Notes under the pieces: model-generated
Seen by the model: the letters and a program-made list of their open reading frames with translations, nothing else
What the model was told of the DNA's origin: nothing
Databases searched by the model: none
Shown here: positions 9,215 to 17,300 of the stretch, in pieces
Position numbering within the stretch: the stretch's first letter is position 1
Layout: each line of letters opens with the position of its first letter
Position numbers and translations under genes: made by a program
Origin: Desulfobacterales bacterium
GTDB lineage: Bacteria; Desulfobacterota; Desulfobacteria; Desulfobacterales; UBA2174
Assembly (NCBI GenBank): GCA_963668645.2
Contig: CAXXWC010000012.1
Coordinates: 1-23,316 of the forward strand
Reading direction: 5' to 3'
Length of the DNA stretch: 23,316 bases

Positions 9215-10504
9215 TTAATGACCGAACATGATCCTGGGTATAAAGGTCGTGATAAAAGGGAAATAGGTGATCAACCCGAGCACCAGAAGATTCATGAAAA
9301 TGAAGGGCAAAATAGCCAAGCAAATTTTTTCATACGATTCCCCGGAGATCACCGACGCGGCAAAAAGGCAGCACCCCACAGGCGGGGTAGCCAGGCCGGT
9401 AATCAGGTTCACACAGGTCATTACGCCTGCCTGAAGAGGATCCATTCCGAGCTTGGCATACAGGGGGAGCAGAATCGGCGCAATGAGAATCACCGCCGGG
9501 GCATAGTCCATGAACATACCCAATACCAACAATCCGATATTGATCAGGATCAGTACCTGCCAGGGAGATGTTGCGACCTGAGTAAGAAACTCGGCCAGTT
9601 TCATTGGAATCTGTTCCATCGCCAGCACCCATCCGAAAAGTGCGGCTGCTGCCACGATGACCATTATTGCGCCACTTTCAATTGCGCTTTCGCGCATGGA
9701 GGCCAAAATGTCCGAAAAAGTAAGATTCCGATGAATCGCCATGCCCACAAACAGCGAATAAAAAACTGCGATGGCAGCCGCTTCCGTGGGTGTACAAAAG
9801 CCTGTTGAAATTCCTCCGACAATAATTACTGGAAGCATCAAGGCCCAACTTGCCTCTTTTGTTATGGCAATAATTTCACTAAAAGAGAGGCGGTTTTCTC
9901 GTTTCGGGAATTGAAGTTTTTTTGCATAATATGCAACAACGAACATTTGAAAAACACCGACAAGTATTCCAGGAATGATCCCTGCCAGAAATAGATCCCC
10001 TATGGAGATGTTACTGACCGCGCCATATAAGATAAAAGCCAAACTAGGCGGAATGATAGGGCCCATTGTTGATGACGCGGCCGTCACGGCTGCACTGAAA
10101 TCCTTCGGATATCCATTTTGCTCCATCGAGGGGATCAGTGCCGAGCCCACGGCGGAAGTATCGGAAATGGCCGCACCGGTACAGCCGCCGAAAAACATGC
10201 TCACGACGATATTGACATGGGCCAGACCGCCTCTTAATCTTCCGACCAGCATATTGGAGAAATTAATCAATGATGCAGTTGTCCCGGTCATGTTCATTAA
10301 TTTTCCAGCCAGAATAAACAGAGGGACAGATAGAAACACAAAGGCATCGGTGGACCGGAACAGCTTAATGGGAACCAGCAGAAGGGATAGATTCGGATTT
10401 AAAACAAGATATGTTAAAGATGAGGCGAGCAATGCCAGGACGATCGGAACTCCTATAGCAATAAAGATGAAAAAACTTAAAATCATTATGATTGCAAAAA
10501 TCAT
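9215..10504 (-). CDS. dctM: TRAP transporter large permease, 429 aa
   Basis: 'VPLFILAG', 'GRLRGGLAHVNIVVSMFFGG', 'GPIIPPS', 'TPTEAAA', 'TPPVG'. Confidence 0.93.
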   Translation of the reverse strand: MIFAIIMILSFFIFIAIGVPIVLALLASSLTYLVLNPNLSLLLVPIKLFRSTDAFVFLSVPLFILAGKLMNMTGTTASLINFSNMLVGRLRGGLAHVNIVVSMFFGGCTGAAISDTSAVGSALIPSMEQNGYPKDFSAAVTAASSTMGPIIPPSLAFILYGAVSNISIGDLFLAGIIPGILVGVFQMFVVAYYAKKLQFPKRENRLSFSEIIAITKEASWALMLPVIIVGGISTGFCTPTEAAAIAVFYSLFVGMAIHRNLTFSDILASMRESAIESGAIMVIVAAAALFGWVLAMEQIPMKLAEFLTQVATSPWQVLILINIGLLVLGMFMDYAPAVILIAPILLPLYAKLGMDPLQAGVMTCVNLITGLATPPVGCCLFAASVISGESYEKICLAILPFIFMNLLVLGLITYFPFITTFIPRIMFGH

Positions 10505-11004
10505 TTAGACTCTCCTGAGGCATGGTTCTGATTTGCCAGAAGATCCATCAACCCGGATATTGAAAACAGCATCATGAAGACCCCTGATATTGGAATAGAC
10601 AAATACATCCAGCTCATCGACAAGAATCTCATATACGCCGCCTCGACATTCCAGACCGAAACCGTCTGTTTGAAACCGGCAACGATTAGAAAAATCGATA
10701 AAATAACGATGATCATATGTCCGGCCGTCAGTATCCATTTTCGAAGCGGCAAGGGTGCTTTCTTTATAAGCAAATCGATTTTTGCATGGGAATCGTCCTT
10801 CAGGGCGACCGCCATTCCCATGAAGGTCATCCAGATAAAAGAATACCTTGCAACCTCAGAAGACCAGGCGATGGAATAGCCGAACACGAACCGAGTTATG
10901 ATGTTTACAAAAATTATGGGCGTGAGCAGCAACATGCAAAGCAGGCAGATTGCCTTTGCCGTATGGCATGCCCAGTTTGCAAGTGTATTTATAAAATTTC
11001 TCAT
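10501..11004 (-). CDS. dctQ: TRAP transporter small permease
   Basis: Four hydrophobic segments, 'WSSEVARY-FIW-TF-G', 'H--ID'; stop overlaps the dctM start. ATG 11004 preferred because TTG 11022 lies in a hairpin. Confidence 0.88.
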   Translation of the reverse strand: MRNFINTLANWACHTAKAICLLCMLLLTPIIFVNIITRFVFGYSIAWSSEVARYSFIWMTFMGMAVALKDDSHAKIDLLIKKAPLPLRKWILTAGHMIIVILSIFLIVAGFKQTVSVWNVEAAYMRFLSMSWMYLSIPISGVFMMLFSISGLMDLLANQNHASGESK

Positions 11005-11019
11005 GAGCTTACCTGTTTT

Positions 11020-11050
11020 CAAAGGCCGGGAGGAATCCTCCCGGCCTTTG
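11020..11050. terminator. Perfect inverted repeat between dctP and dctQ (mRNA-stabilising or attenuating stem-loop)
   Basis: CAAAGGCCGGGAGGA-a-TCCTCCCGGCCTTTG: 15-bp arms; no long U tract. Confidence 0.65.
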
Positions 11051-11058
11051 CGTACGAT

Positions 11059-12105
11059 TTATTTCAACTCCTGTGGGATTCCTGCCTTCGGCTCCGCCAC
11101 AACAGGGTTCAGCTCCTGGATCTGGTCGAACCAGGTTTTCCAGTGGGGATACTTCTTGAACCATTTATCATATACCGGTTTGGATGCCTTGATAAACGGT
11201 CCCATTTCAGGATAGGTGACGGTTTTGCCATTTTTGGTCAAGGCTTTTAACACCTTCTGGTCGTTCAAATGGCACCATTCCACTTGAAAAGCCAAGGTCT
11301 CTCTTGCAGCCGCTTCGACAATCTCTCTCTGTTCGGGAGTCAAAGACTTCAATCTCGCAGGAGATATTAACAGGACAAATCCGGACCAGTAATGGAAAGT
11401 CATTGCGACCGAATCCTGTGCCTCGAAAAATCCTGTTGTATAGCTCAGATATGGTGCATTGTCCTGGCCTTCGACAGCATTCATTTTCAATGAGGTGTAA
11501 AGTTCTCCCCAATCAATGGGCGTGGGTGCCGCTCCGAAGGCTTTGTACATGTCGATGAAGATCGGATTCATCATGCACCGAATTTTAAAACCCTTCATAT
11601 CCTCAAAGCTTTTGATGGGTTTTTTGCTCGTGATGCAGGTTCCGGTGCCATCCTCGCAAAGCCCTACCGCCCGGACCCCGATTTTCTTTTCGAGCTCATC
11701 GAGGATTTTCCGGATGGGATAGCTCTGAAGACCTGCCTTTAAATGTTGCGGGTTTTTAAAAAGAAACGGCAGGTTGATAAACTGAAGGTCCTCGAGAAAG
11801 CCGGATACATTCCCTGTGGAGGTCAGGCTGAAATCCACGGCCCCTTGCTGAAGGAATTCAATGAGCTCTTCAGGGCTGGATGTCAGGGTCCCGCCAGGAT
11901 AGATAACAATTTCAATTTCTCCGTTGGTTCTCTGTTCAACCAGGTTTTTAAAAATTTCAACCTGAAGTTGAATGGCACTGCTGGTATTGTTTTCATGGGC
12001 GAATTTTAATTGGGTTTTGGCAGCTGCAAAGCTCGGAAGAGCCAGCAAGAGGATTAAACAGGCAATACTCAGCAGGGTTTTTTCAGTTTTCCTAATAGCT
12101 TTCAT
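11059..12105 (-). CDS. dctP: TRAP transporter substrate-binding protein
   Basis: Signal peptide ending 'SFAAA'; 'TNGEIEIVIYPGG', 'LPFLF', 'DMKGFKIR', 'GAAPTPIDWGELYTSL', 'EGQDN'; ATG 12105 after AGGAGA. Confidence 0.92.
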   Translation of the reverse strand: MKAIRKTEKTLLSIACLILLLALPSFAAAKTQLKFAHENNTSSAIQLQVEIFKNLVEQRTNGEIEIVIYPGGTLTSSPEELIEFLQQGAVDFSLTSTGNVSGFLEDLQFINLPFLFKNPQHLKAGLQSYPIRKILDELEKKIGVRAVGLCEDGTGTCITSKKPIKSFEDMKGFKIRCMMNPIFIDMYKAFGAAPTPIDWGELYTSLKMNAVEGQDNAPYLSYTTGFFEAQDSVAMTFHYWSGFVLLISPARLKSLTPEQREIVEAAARETLAFQVEWCHLNDQKVLKALTKNGKTVTYPEMGPFIKASKPVYDKWFKKYPHWKTWFDQIQELNPVVAEPKAGIPQELK

Positions 12106-12206
12106 TGCGCAATCTCCTAACCTCCCAAATGTAAAGGTAATCACGATGAGACCACCCCGCGGGCAGCCATGACCTAAACAGATTTTTTCACCACCAAGCG
12201 CTTGTG

Positions 12207-12265
12207 TCTGTCACAGATGGCAAAGAAAATAGATCATGTCAACATAATTTATGATCACCTGATGT
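12207..12265 (-). promoter_or_regulatory. Candidate dctP-operon promoter/operator region
   Basis: TTGACA on the minus strand at 12242-12237 (the -10 match is poor), flanked by palindromes TCTGT-c-ACAGA (12207-12217) and TCACCTGATGT (12255-12265) in an AT-rich spacer. Confidence 0.35.
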
Positions 12266-12373
12266 ATAAAACGGGAAATATCCACCCACTAATATAATTT
12301 TACTAAATATTTCAATTATATAAATGTTTTTATATATCATCATACCACCAACACTATTGGCCAGCCGTCTCTT

Positions 12374-13339
12374 TCATGTATGGCGCGCCCAGCCGGCGAT
12401 GGCGCGGATATCGGCCGGTGTGGTGCGGCAGCACCCCCCGATGATGCGAGCCCCGCAGTCAAACCAGGTGCGGGCCATGGCGGCAAATTGCGAAGCATCG
12501 GCCTCGCCCTTCCAGGCGCGCTCGGCCACATTGTACGTTTCACCGGAGTTGGGATAGACCACGATGGGCTTTCCGGTCGCACGGGCGATGGTCCGGATAA
12601 GCGCCGGGATAAACCGCGGAGCCGTGCAATTGATCCCCACTGCCGCCACCTGGGGATGATCGTCAAGCCAGGCGGCGCATTCGGCCAGCGCCTCACCGCG
12701 GCACGTCGAATGTCCATCTTTGGCACTGAAGCTGAACCAAGCCCAGATGCCCGGAAATTCCGTTAAAAGCCTGGCCAGGGCCCGCGCTTCAGCCAGGCAG
12801 GGAATCGTTTCGCAGGCCAGCAGATCCGCCCCTGCCGCCACCAGGGCTGCCATGCGCGGCCGGTGAAAATCGATCAGGGCCGCCTCGTCGATCCCGTAGT
12901 CGCCCCGGTATTCCGAACCGTCGGCAAGGGCTGCGCCGTATGGTCCCACTGAGGCGGCCACCAGGGGCCGTGGGCGGCCGGCGCGATTTCGTCTATCGGC
13001 CCAGAAGGCGTCGCGCGCTTCGACCGCCAAGAATACCGATCGCTGCATGGTTTCCAGGGCCTCGTCCCGGCTCAGTCCCCTGCGCTGCAGGCCGTCAATC
13101 GAGGCCTGATAGCTGGCGGTGATGGCACAATCGGCTCCTGCTTCAAAATAATCGGCGTGCACCCTGCGGATCAGATCGGGGGTCTCGAGCAAAACCCGCG
13201 CCGACCAGAGCGGATCGTTCAGATCGCAGCCCCGCCGTTCCAGCTCGGTGGCCAAGGCGCCGTCGAGGATCATGACCCCGTATTCGGCCAGGATGGCGCT
13301 CACCGGATTTTCGAAACCCGCCTCATCTTGTTTCAACAT
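12374..13339 (-). CDS. mmuM: Homocysteine S-methyltransferase (S-methylmethionine/SAM-dependent), 321 aa
   Basis: 'ILDGALATELERRG', 'LWSA', 'SVGPYGA-LADGSEY-G-Y', 'LACETIP', Zn ligands in 'GINC' and 'GGCCRT', 'YPNSGE'; ATG 13339 after AAAGGTG. Confidence 0.93.
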   Translation of the reverse strand: MLKQDEAGFENPVSAILAEYGVMILDGALATELERRGCDLNDPLWSARVLLETPDLIRRVHADYFEAGADCAITASYQASIDGLQRRGLSRDEALETMQRSVFLAVEARDAFWADRRNRAGRPRPLVAASVGPYGAALADGSEYRGDYGIDEAALIDFHRPRMAALVAAGADLLACETIPCLAEARALARLLTEFPGIWAWFSFSAKDGHSTCRGEALAECAAWLDDHPQVAAVGINCTAPRFIPALIRTIARATGKPIVVYPNSGETYNVAERAWKGEADASQFAAMARTWFDCGARIIGGCCRTTPADIRAIAGWARHT

Positions 13340-13396
13340 CTCGAATTCACCTTTCATTGATATTGTTATCCCCTTTCGCTCTGGCCGCGATTCTTC

Positions 13397-13573
13397 CGCA
13401 GGATCATCGATCCGGATATTGACTCGTTGACCGACGTGACCCGTGAATTGGTCGACGAGACCGGCTTTGAAATCCTGACCCACCGTCTCGATTTTTTCGG
13501 GATCTGTCCGGACTGTCAAGAAGAGGCAAGCAAGGAGAAGACAACCGATCTGGCGCCTGATCCTCAACCCTGA
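13397..13573 (+). pseudogene. perR: 5'-truncated Fur-family (PerR-like) regulator, C-terminal fragment
   Basis: Manual translation, absent from the ORF track: RRIIDPDIDSLTDVTRELVDETGFEILTHRLDFFGICPDCQ...*, with the terminal 'G-CxxC' of Fur/PerR. The DNA-binding domain and first CxxC are missing; in-frame stop upstream at 13358. PerR rather than another Fur subtype is inferred from the adjacent catalase. Confidence 0.82.
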
Positions 13574-13600
13574 ACCGATCCAGCCAGAAAGGAGCATATC

Positions 13601-13839
13601 ATGGAGGAGAAAAAACAGTTGACCACTTCGGCAGGTGCCCCCATCACCGGCAACCAGAACGCCCTGAGCGCCGGTCCCCGCGGGCCCTGTTTAACCTTTT
13701 CGACGAGGGGCAGAAGGCGCGGCTTTTTTCCAACATCGCCGAAGCGATGGACGGCGTGCCGGACGAGATCGTCCAGCGCCAGCTCGGCCACTTTGAGAAG
13801 GCCCACCCGGATTATGCCGCCGGCGTGCGCCGAGCTTTG
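13601..13839 (+). pseudogene. katA: Monofunctional catalase remnant with a large internal deletion
   Basis: AAGGAG RBS and ATG, then catalase N-terminus '[25 protein letters not shown]', joined out of frame to the catalase C-terminus '[54 protein letters not shown]'. Confidence 0.88.
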
Positions 13840-13873
13840 TCGAGACACAGGGCGAGCTATCCCAGTCCCAAAC

Positions 13874-13907
13874 GCAAACGGCCGGCCCTTCCGGGCCGGC
13901 CGTTTGC
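13874..13907. terminator. Probable bidirectional terminator hairpin between convergent units
   Basis: GCAAACGGCCGGCCC-ttcc-GGGCCGGCCGTTTGC: perfect 15-bp stem, 14 nt beyond the minus-strand stop at 13922. Confidence 0.75.
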
Positions 13908-13921
13908 CCCATCGGATGATC

Positions 13922-15232
13922 TCATCCGTATATTCCGTATTCTTTTGTAACCTTGACCATCTCCTGGACATTTTCGTGCTTGGCCTGGTCGAACCAGATC
14001 CCGCAGTCAACCATCAGGCCGCCGTCTTTTCCCACGACGTCGATCAGCTCGCGGGTGTACTGTCCGACCTGTTCGGTGCTTCCCATATAAAGCAGCGAAC
14101 CGGGCACATTGCCCCTGAAACAGACCCGACCGCCCAAGGCCTCCTTGGCTTTGTGGATGTCCACGGTCTCGAACCAGTAGATCGCCTTGCCCGGCGGTAT
14201 GTCTTTGATGATGTCCAGCCTGGAGGTATAGTTGCCCTCGAAAAGCGGCATCGGCACCAACCCTTCTTCGATCAGACCGAGCATCACCGCTTTCAGGGTA
14301 GGCCAGTAGAACTTTTCGAACTGTGCGTTGGACATGAACCCGTGTGGCCCCTTGTGGAGCATCAGCAACACCACCGGCTTTCCCACCCGTTTGGACCCCT
14401 CGGCACCCATCCGGATCTGGATGGGCACCAGTCTTTCCATGGCCTTTAAAAGCTTGTCCGGGTGCCGGTACATGTCCATCATGATGCCCTGGGTTCCCCG
14501 GAACCAGTCACCGATGACGTCGAAGGGCGCCGCGGCATGGCCGCCGGTGATGTCCGGAAATCCCATGGACTCGATCTTGAGCGTTTCCTCGCGCACATGT
14601 GAAACCCATTTGAGCGATTCGGCCCCTGCCCTTTGCAGCGCATCGAGGGCCGCGGCGACCTCCGGGCGGCCGAAAAAAGACACGTTGCCCACCAGGCCCA
14701 GGTAATAGCCGAACCAGGTGGAAAGCGGAGGCAGGGCCTTGAAAGGCTCCAGATTGCCGCACACTCTGGGCAGGTAGAAGCGCTGCATGTAATCGGTCGG
14801 ATCGTCGATGAAGGCATCGTAAAACGCATCGGCCCTGACGAATTCCTTCTCATGGAACTGGAACCCGCTTTGGGCCGGAAGGTCACGCCCGGGCAGTTTC
14901 AGCAGCTTGTAGTCCAGGGCGGTAAAGACCTTTGAGGGAAAGGCGTAGCTGGAAGCCCGATAAAGATCGGGTTCGAAATCGGCAAGGGTCTTTAGCCAGG
15001 CATCGGTGGCCTTTTGATAGTCGTTCATGACTTCTTCGCAGGTGTACCCGTTGTCCAGCGCCGGGAACATGCCGAAGGAAGGCACGATGGGGACCCTGTC
15101 CGGAACCCTCAACTGAATGACATCCGCAACCCGTTGCGCCCGTTTTCGGTATGCGTCGCGCGCTTGGGCATCGACAAATTCGATGCCGTCCCCGGAGCAC
15201 CATTTTTCCAACGTCGCTTGCAGATTCGACAT
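13922..15232 (-). CDS. URO-D-family protein, putative substrate:corrinoid methyltransferase (MT1), 436 aa
   Basis: 'PDRVPI', 'APFD--GD-FRG--G-MMD-YR-PDK', 'LHKG---FMS--QF-KFYWP', 'GNVP', 'DGG', 'ENV'; ATG 15232 after AAGGAGG; co-oriented with a corrinoid protein and MT2. Confidence 0.8.
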   Translation of the reverse strand: MSNLQATLEKWCSGDGIEFVDAQARDAYRKRAQRVADVIQLRVPDRVPIVPSFGMFPALDNGYTCEEVMNDYQKATDAWLKTLADFEPDLYRASSYAFPSKVFTALDYKLLKLPGRDLPAQSGFQFHEKEFVRADAFYDAFIDDPTDYMQRFYLPRVCGNLEPFKALPPLSTWFGYYLGLVGNVSFFGRPEVAAALDALQRAGAESLKWVSHVREETLKIESMGFPDITGGHAAAPFDVIGDWFRGTQGIMMDMYRHPDKLLKAMERLVPIQIRMGAEGSKRVGKPVVLLMLHKGPHGFMSNAQFEKFYWPTLKAVMLGLIEEGLVPMPLFEGNYTSRLDIIKDIPPGKAIYWFETVDIHKAKEALGGRVCFRGNVPGSLLYMGSTEQVGQYTRELIDVVGKDGGLMVDCGIWFDQAKHENVQEMVKVTKEYGIYG

Positions 15233-15345
15233 AGCCGTTGAACCTCCTTGGCTCGAAGAAGTTTGACGGTTTTCTAGTATCGTACCGGTCCGGGGCACGC
15301 CGGCCGGAAGGCACCGGTGACTTCCCGTTGTCGACCAAGGCCGGT

Positions 15346-16593
15346 TCAGTGATAGGCGCCTTGCTCGCGGGTGAAATCGAACATCGCCTGAACGTTTTCC
15401 ACCCGGGCGTCGTTGAGGGTGGTCGAAGCGTCCATGATAAAACCGCCCCCCGCACCGCAGATATCAATGAGCTTTTTACAGTACTCACGAACCTGATCCG
15501 GGGTGCCGGTGGCCAGCATACTGGCCGGAACATTTCCTCGGATGCAGCACCGGTCGCGCATGACCTCCTTGGCCTTGAAGATGTCCGTGGCCTCGAAGTG
15601 GTAGACAACCTTGCCCGGCGGCACGTCGGCAAAATGCTTAAGCCGGTTGTTGCAAACCCCCTCGACCAGCACCCAGGGCGTGATGCCGTTGCGGATCAGG
15701 GCCTCTAAAAGTGCCTTCATGTGGGGCCAGTAGAACTTTAAAAATTGCTGTTCGGACATGAAGTTGTCCAGCCCCTTGTGCAGCGGGATAAAAACTACGG
15801 GCCAGCCGCTGCGCTGCACCGAGCCCAGAGCCGCATCGATCATCACCGGCAAGAGCCGCTCGCAGGCCGCCAGGACCTTGTCCGGCCGGCGGTACAGATC
15901 CATCATGATCCCCCGGGTGCCGCGGAACATGTCTCCCAGGGTGTCGAAGGGGACCTGGGCAAAACCGCCGCTAGCCGGCGGAAACCCGAGGGAGGTCATC
16001 TTCTGGCCGAAGGCGCCGGTCCATTTGAGCACTTCCCGGGATGCCTCGGCAGCTTCGATCAGGGCCTTGCGGGCGGCTTCCATCTCCGGGGTGAGCAGCA
16101 CGACGCTGCTGTGCAGCCCCCAGAAATAGGAGATGATCTGATTCAAGGGCGGCAGCTTCTCGAAGGCTGCCAGCGACTTGTTGACCCGCGGCCAGAAGCG
16201 GCGGACCATAAAATCGGAAGGGTCGAAGAGAAAGTGGTCGTACTCCTCGGCCTTCATCACCTCAAGCTCGACGAATTGATAGGACATGTTGTCCGCCAGG
16301 CCGTGGCCGGCCCACTTGAGGTGCTGAAAGTCGAGAATCTCCAGCAGCGGGCCGAAGCCGCGCAGGACATAAGGGTTTTCGGCCGTGTCCGGTTGAAAGT
16401 GCAGCATGCATTCGGTCCAGGTGTCGAACATCAACTGATGGTCGTACATGGCCTCTTTGATAGTAATGCCCTTCCAGCGGGCAGGGAAAAAGTCCCACAT
16501 CACGGCGATGGGCACCCGGTCGGGCTCTTCCAGCGCCACGGCAGCCTTGATGCGCCGTTGGCGTGCCTCGAACAGTTGTTGCATGTCGCTCAT
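15346..16593 (-). CDS. URO-D-family protein, putative substrate:corrinoid methyltransferase (MT1), 415 aa; paralogue of the downstream gene
   Basis: 'EEPDRVPI', 'PFDTLGDMFRGTRGIMMDLYRRPDK', 'IPLHKG--NFMSEQQF-KFYWP', 'GTPDQVREYCKKLID---GGGFI'; AAGGAG RBS. Confidence 0.8.
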   Translation of the reverse strand: MSDMQQLFEARQRRIKAAVALEEPDRVPIAVMWDFFPARWKGITIKEAMYDHQLMFDTWTECMLHFQPDTAENPYVLRGFGPLLEILDFQHLKWAGHGLADNMSYQFVELEVMKAEEYDHFLFDPSDFMVRRFWPRVNKSLAAFEKLPPLNQIISYFWGLHSSVVLLTPEMEAARKALIEAAEASREVLKWTGAFGQKMTSLGFPPASGGFAQVPFDTLGDMFRGTRGIMMDLYRRPDKVLAACERLLPVMIDAALGSVQRSGWPVVFIPLHKGLDNFMSEQQFLKFYWPHMKALLEALIRNGITPWVLVEGVCNNRLKHFADVPPGKVVYHFEATDIFKAKEVMRDRCCIRGNVPASMLATGTPDQVREYCKKLIDICGAGGGFIMDASTTLNDARVENVQAMFDFTREQGAYH

Positions 16594-16612
16594 ATCATCG
16601 TCTCCTTGAGTT

Positions 16613-17248
16613 TTAGGGATTCATCCACCCCAGGGCATAGTTGACCCCGCTGACGGCATCCCTGGCCCAGGCGTCTGCACCGACATAGGCACAGACATGA
16701 TCGTCCACCTGTCCGCCGCCAATGATGACCTTTACCCTGTCTCTGGCGCCCTTTTCCTTGAGCCCCTCGACCACCGCCTTCATCGGATCGTAGGCCAGGG
16801 TCAAAAACCCGCTCAGTCCGACGATATCCGGCTGAAACTCCTCGAAGACTTCCAGAAAACGACCCGCGGGCACATCGACGCCCAGGTCCTTGACCTCGAA
16901 GCCGTTGATCTCCATGACCATGGCGACGATATCCTTGCCGATGTCGTGGATGTCGCCCTCCACCGTACCGAGCAGAAACTTGCCGACCCGGGCGGTCTGG
17001 CGCTGGTCCTCGGTCCCGGTAAGATAGGGCTTGATCAACTCGGATCCGGCCTTCATCATCTCGCCGGCCAGAATCAGTTCCGGAATAAAATAGAGGCCCT
17101 CCTCAAATCGCTTGCCAATGATGACCATGGCCTGTTTGTAGGCGTCGAACACCTTCAGCGGCTCCTCGCCCTGCTCCAGGTAGCGGCGGGTCAGGGCCGA
17201 CACCTGCTCCTCGTTCATTTCAACCATCGCGTTGATCAGATCTTTCAT
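16613..17248 (-). CDS. Methyltransferase cognate corrinoid protein, 211 aa
   Basis: 'GTVEGDIHDIGK', 'DLGVDVP', 'GLSGFLT', 'IIGGG'; cap domain 'IGKRFEEGLYFIPELI'. Confidence 0.93.
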   Translation of the reverse strand: MKDLINAMVEMNEEQVSALTRRYLEQGEEPLKVFDAYKQAMVIIGKRFEEGLYFIPELILAGEMMKAGSELIKPYLTGTEDQRQTARVGKFLLGTVEGDIHDIGKDIVAMVMEINGFEVKDLGVDVPAGRFLEVFEEFQPDIVGLSGFLTLAYDPMKAVVEGLKEKGARDRVKVIIGGGQVDDHVCAYVGADAWARDAVSGVNYALGWMNP

Positions 17249-17300
17249 TGCATCGCCCTCCTAAGGCATTTCGATTGAAAGGAGGCCTTGCCGATCCGGC

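Larger units (their letters stand above)
4105..12373. other. Lower-GC block (hydroxyproline utilisation cassette), probable lateral acquisition
   Basis: Hand-counted 60-nt lines: 24/60 GC at 4981 and 25/60 at 9841, versus 47/60 at 2941 and 42/60 at 12781. No integrase or flanking repeats seen. Confidence 0.65.

Noticed and set aside
13340..13597. 86-aa N-terminal extension of the 407-aa mmuM ORF
   Set aside because: It is the antisense shadow of the perR fragment. MmuM similarity and an RBS point to ATG 13339.
13601..14449. 282-aa plus-strand ORF as a real gene
   Set aside because: Only the first ~29 codons are catalase. The rest is out-of-frame read-through across a terminator and antisense to the URO-D gene.
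15306..15325. Short palindrome GGAAG-G-CACCGGTG-A-CTTCC between the two URO-D genes
   Set aside because: Short, imperfect and without a U tract, so plausibly chance in GC-rich sequence.
13922..16593. True uroporphyrinogen decarboxylase (hemE)
   Set aside because: No 'W-MRQAGR' signature, longer than HemE, and the context is corrinoid methyl transfer.
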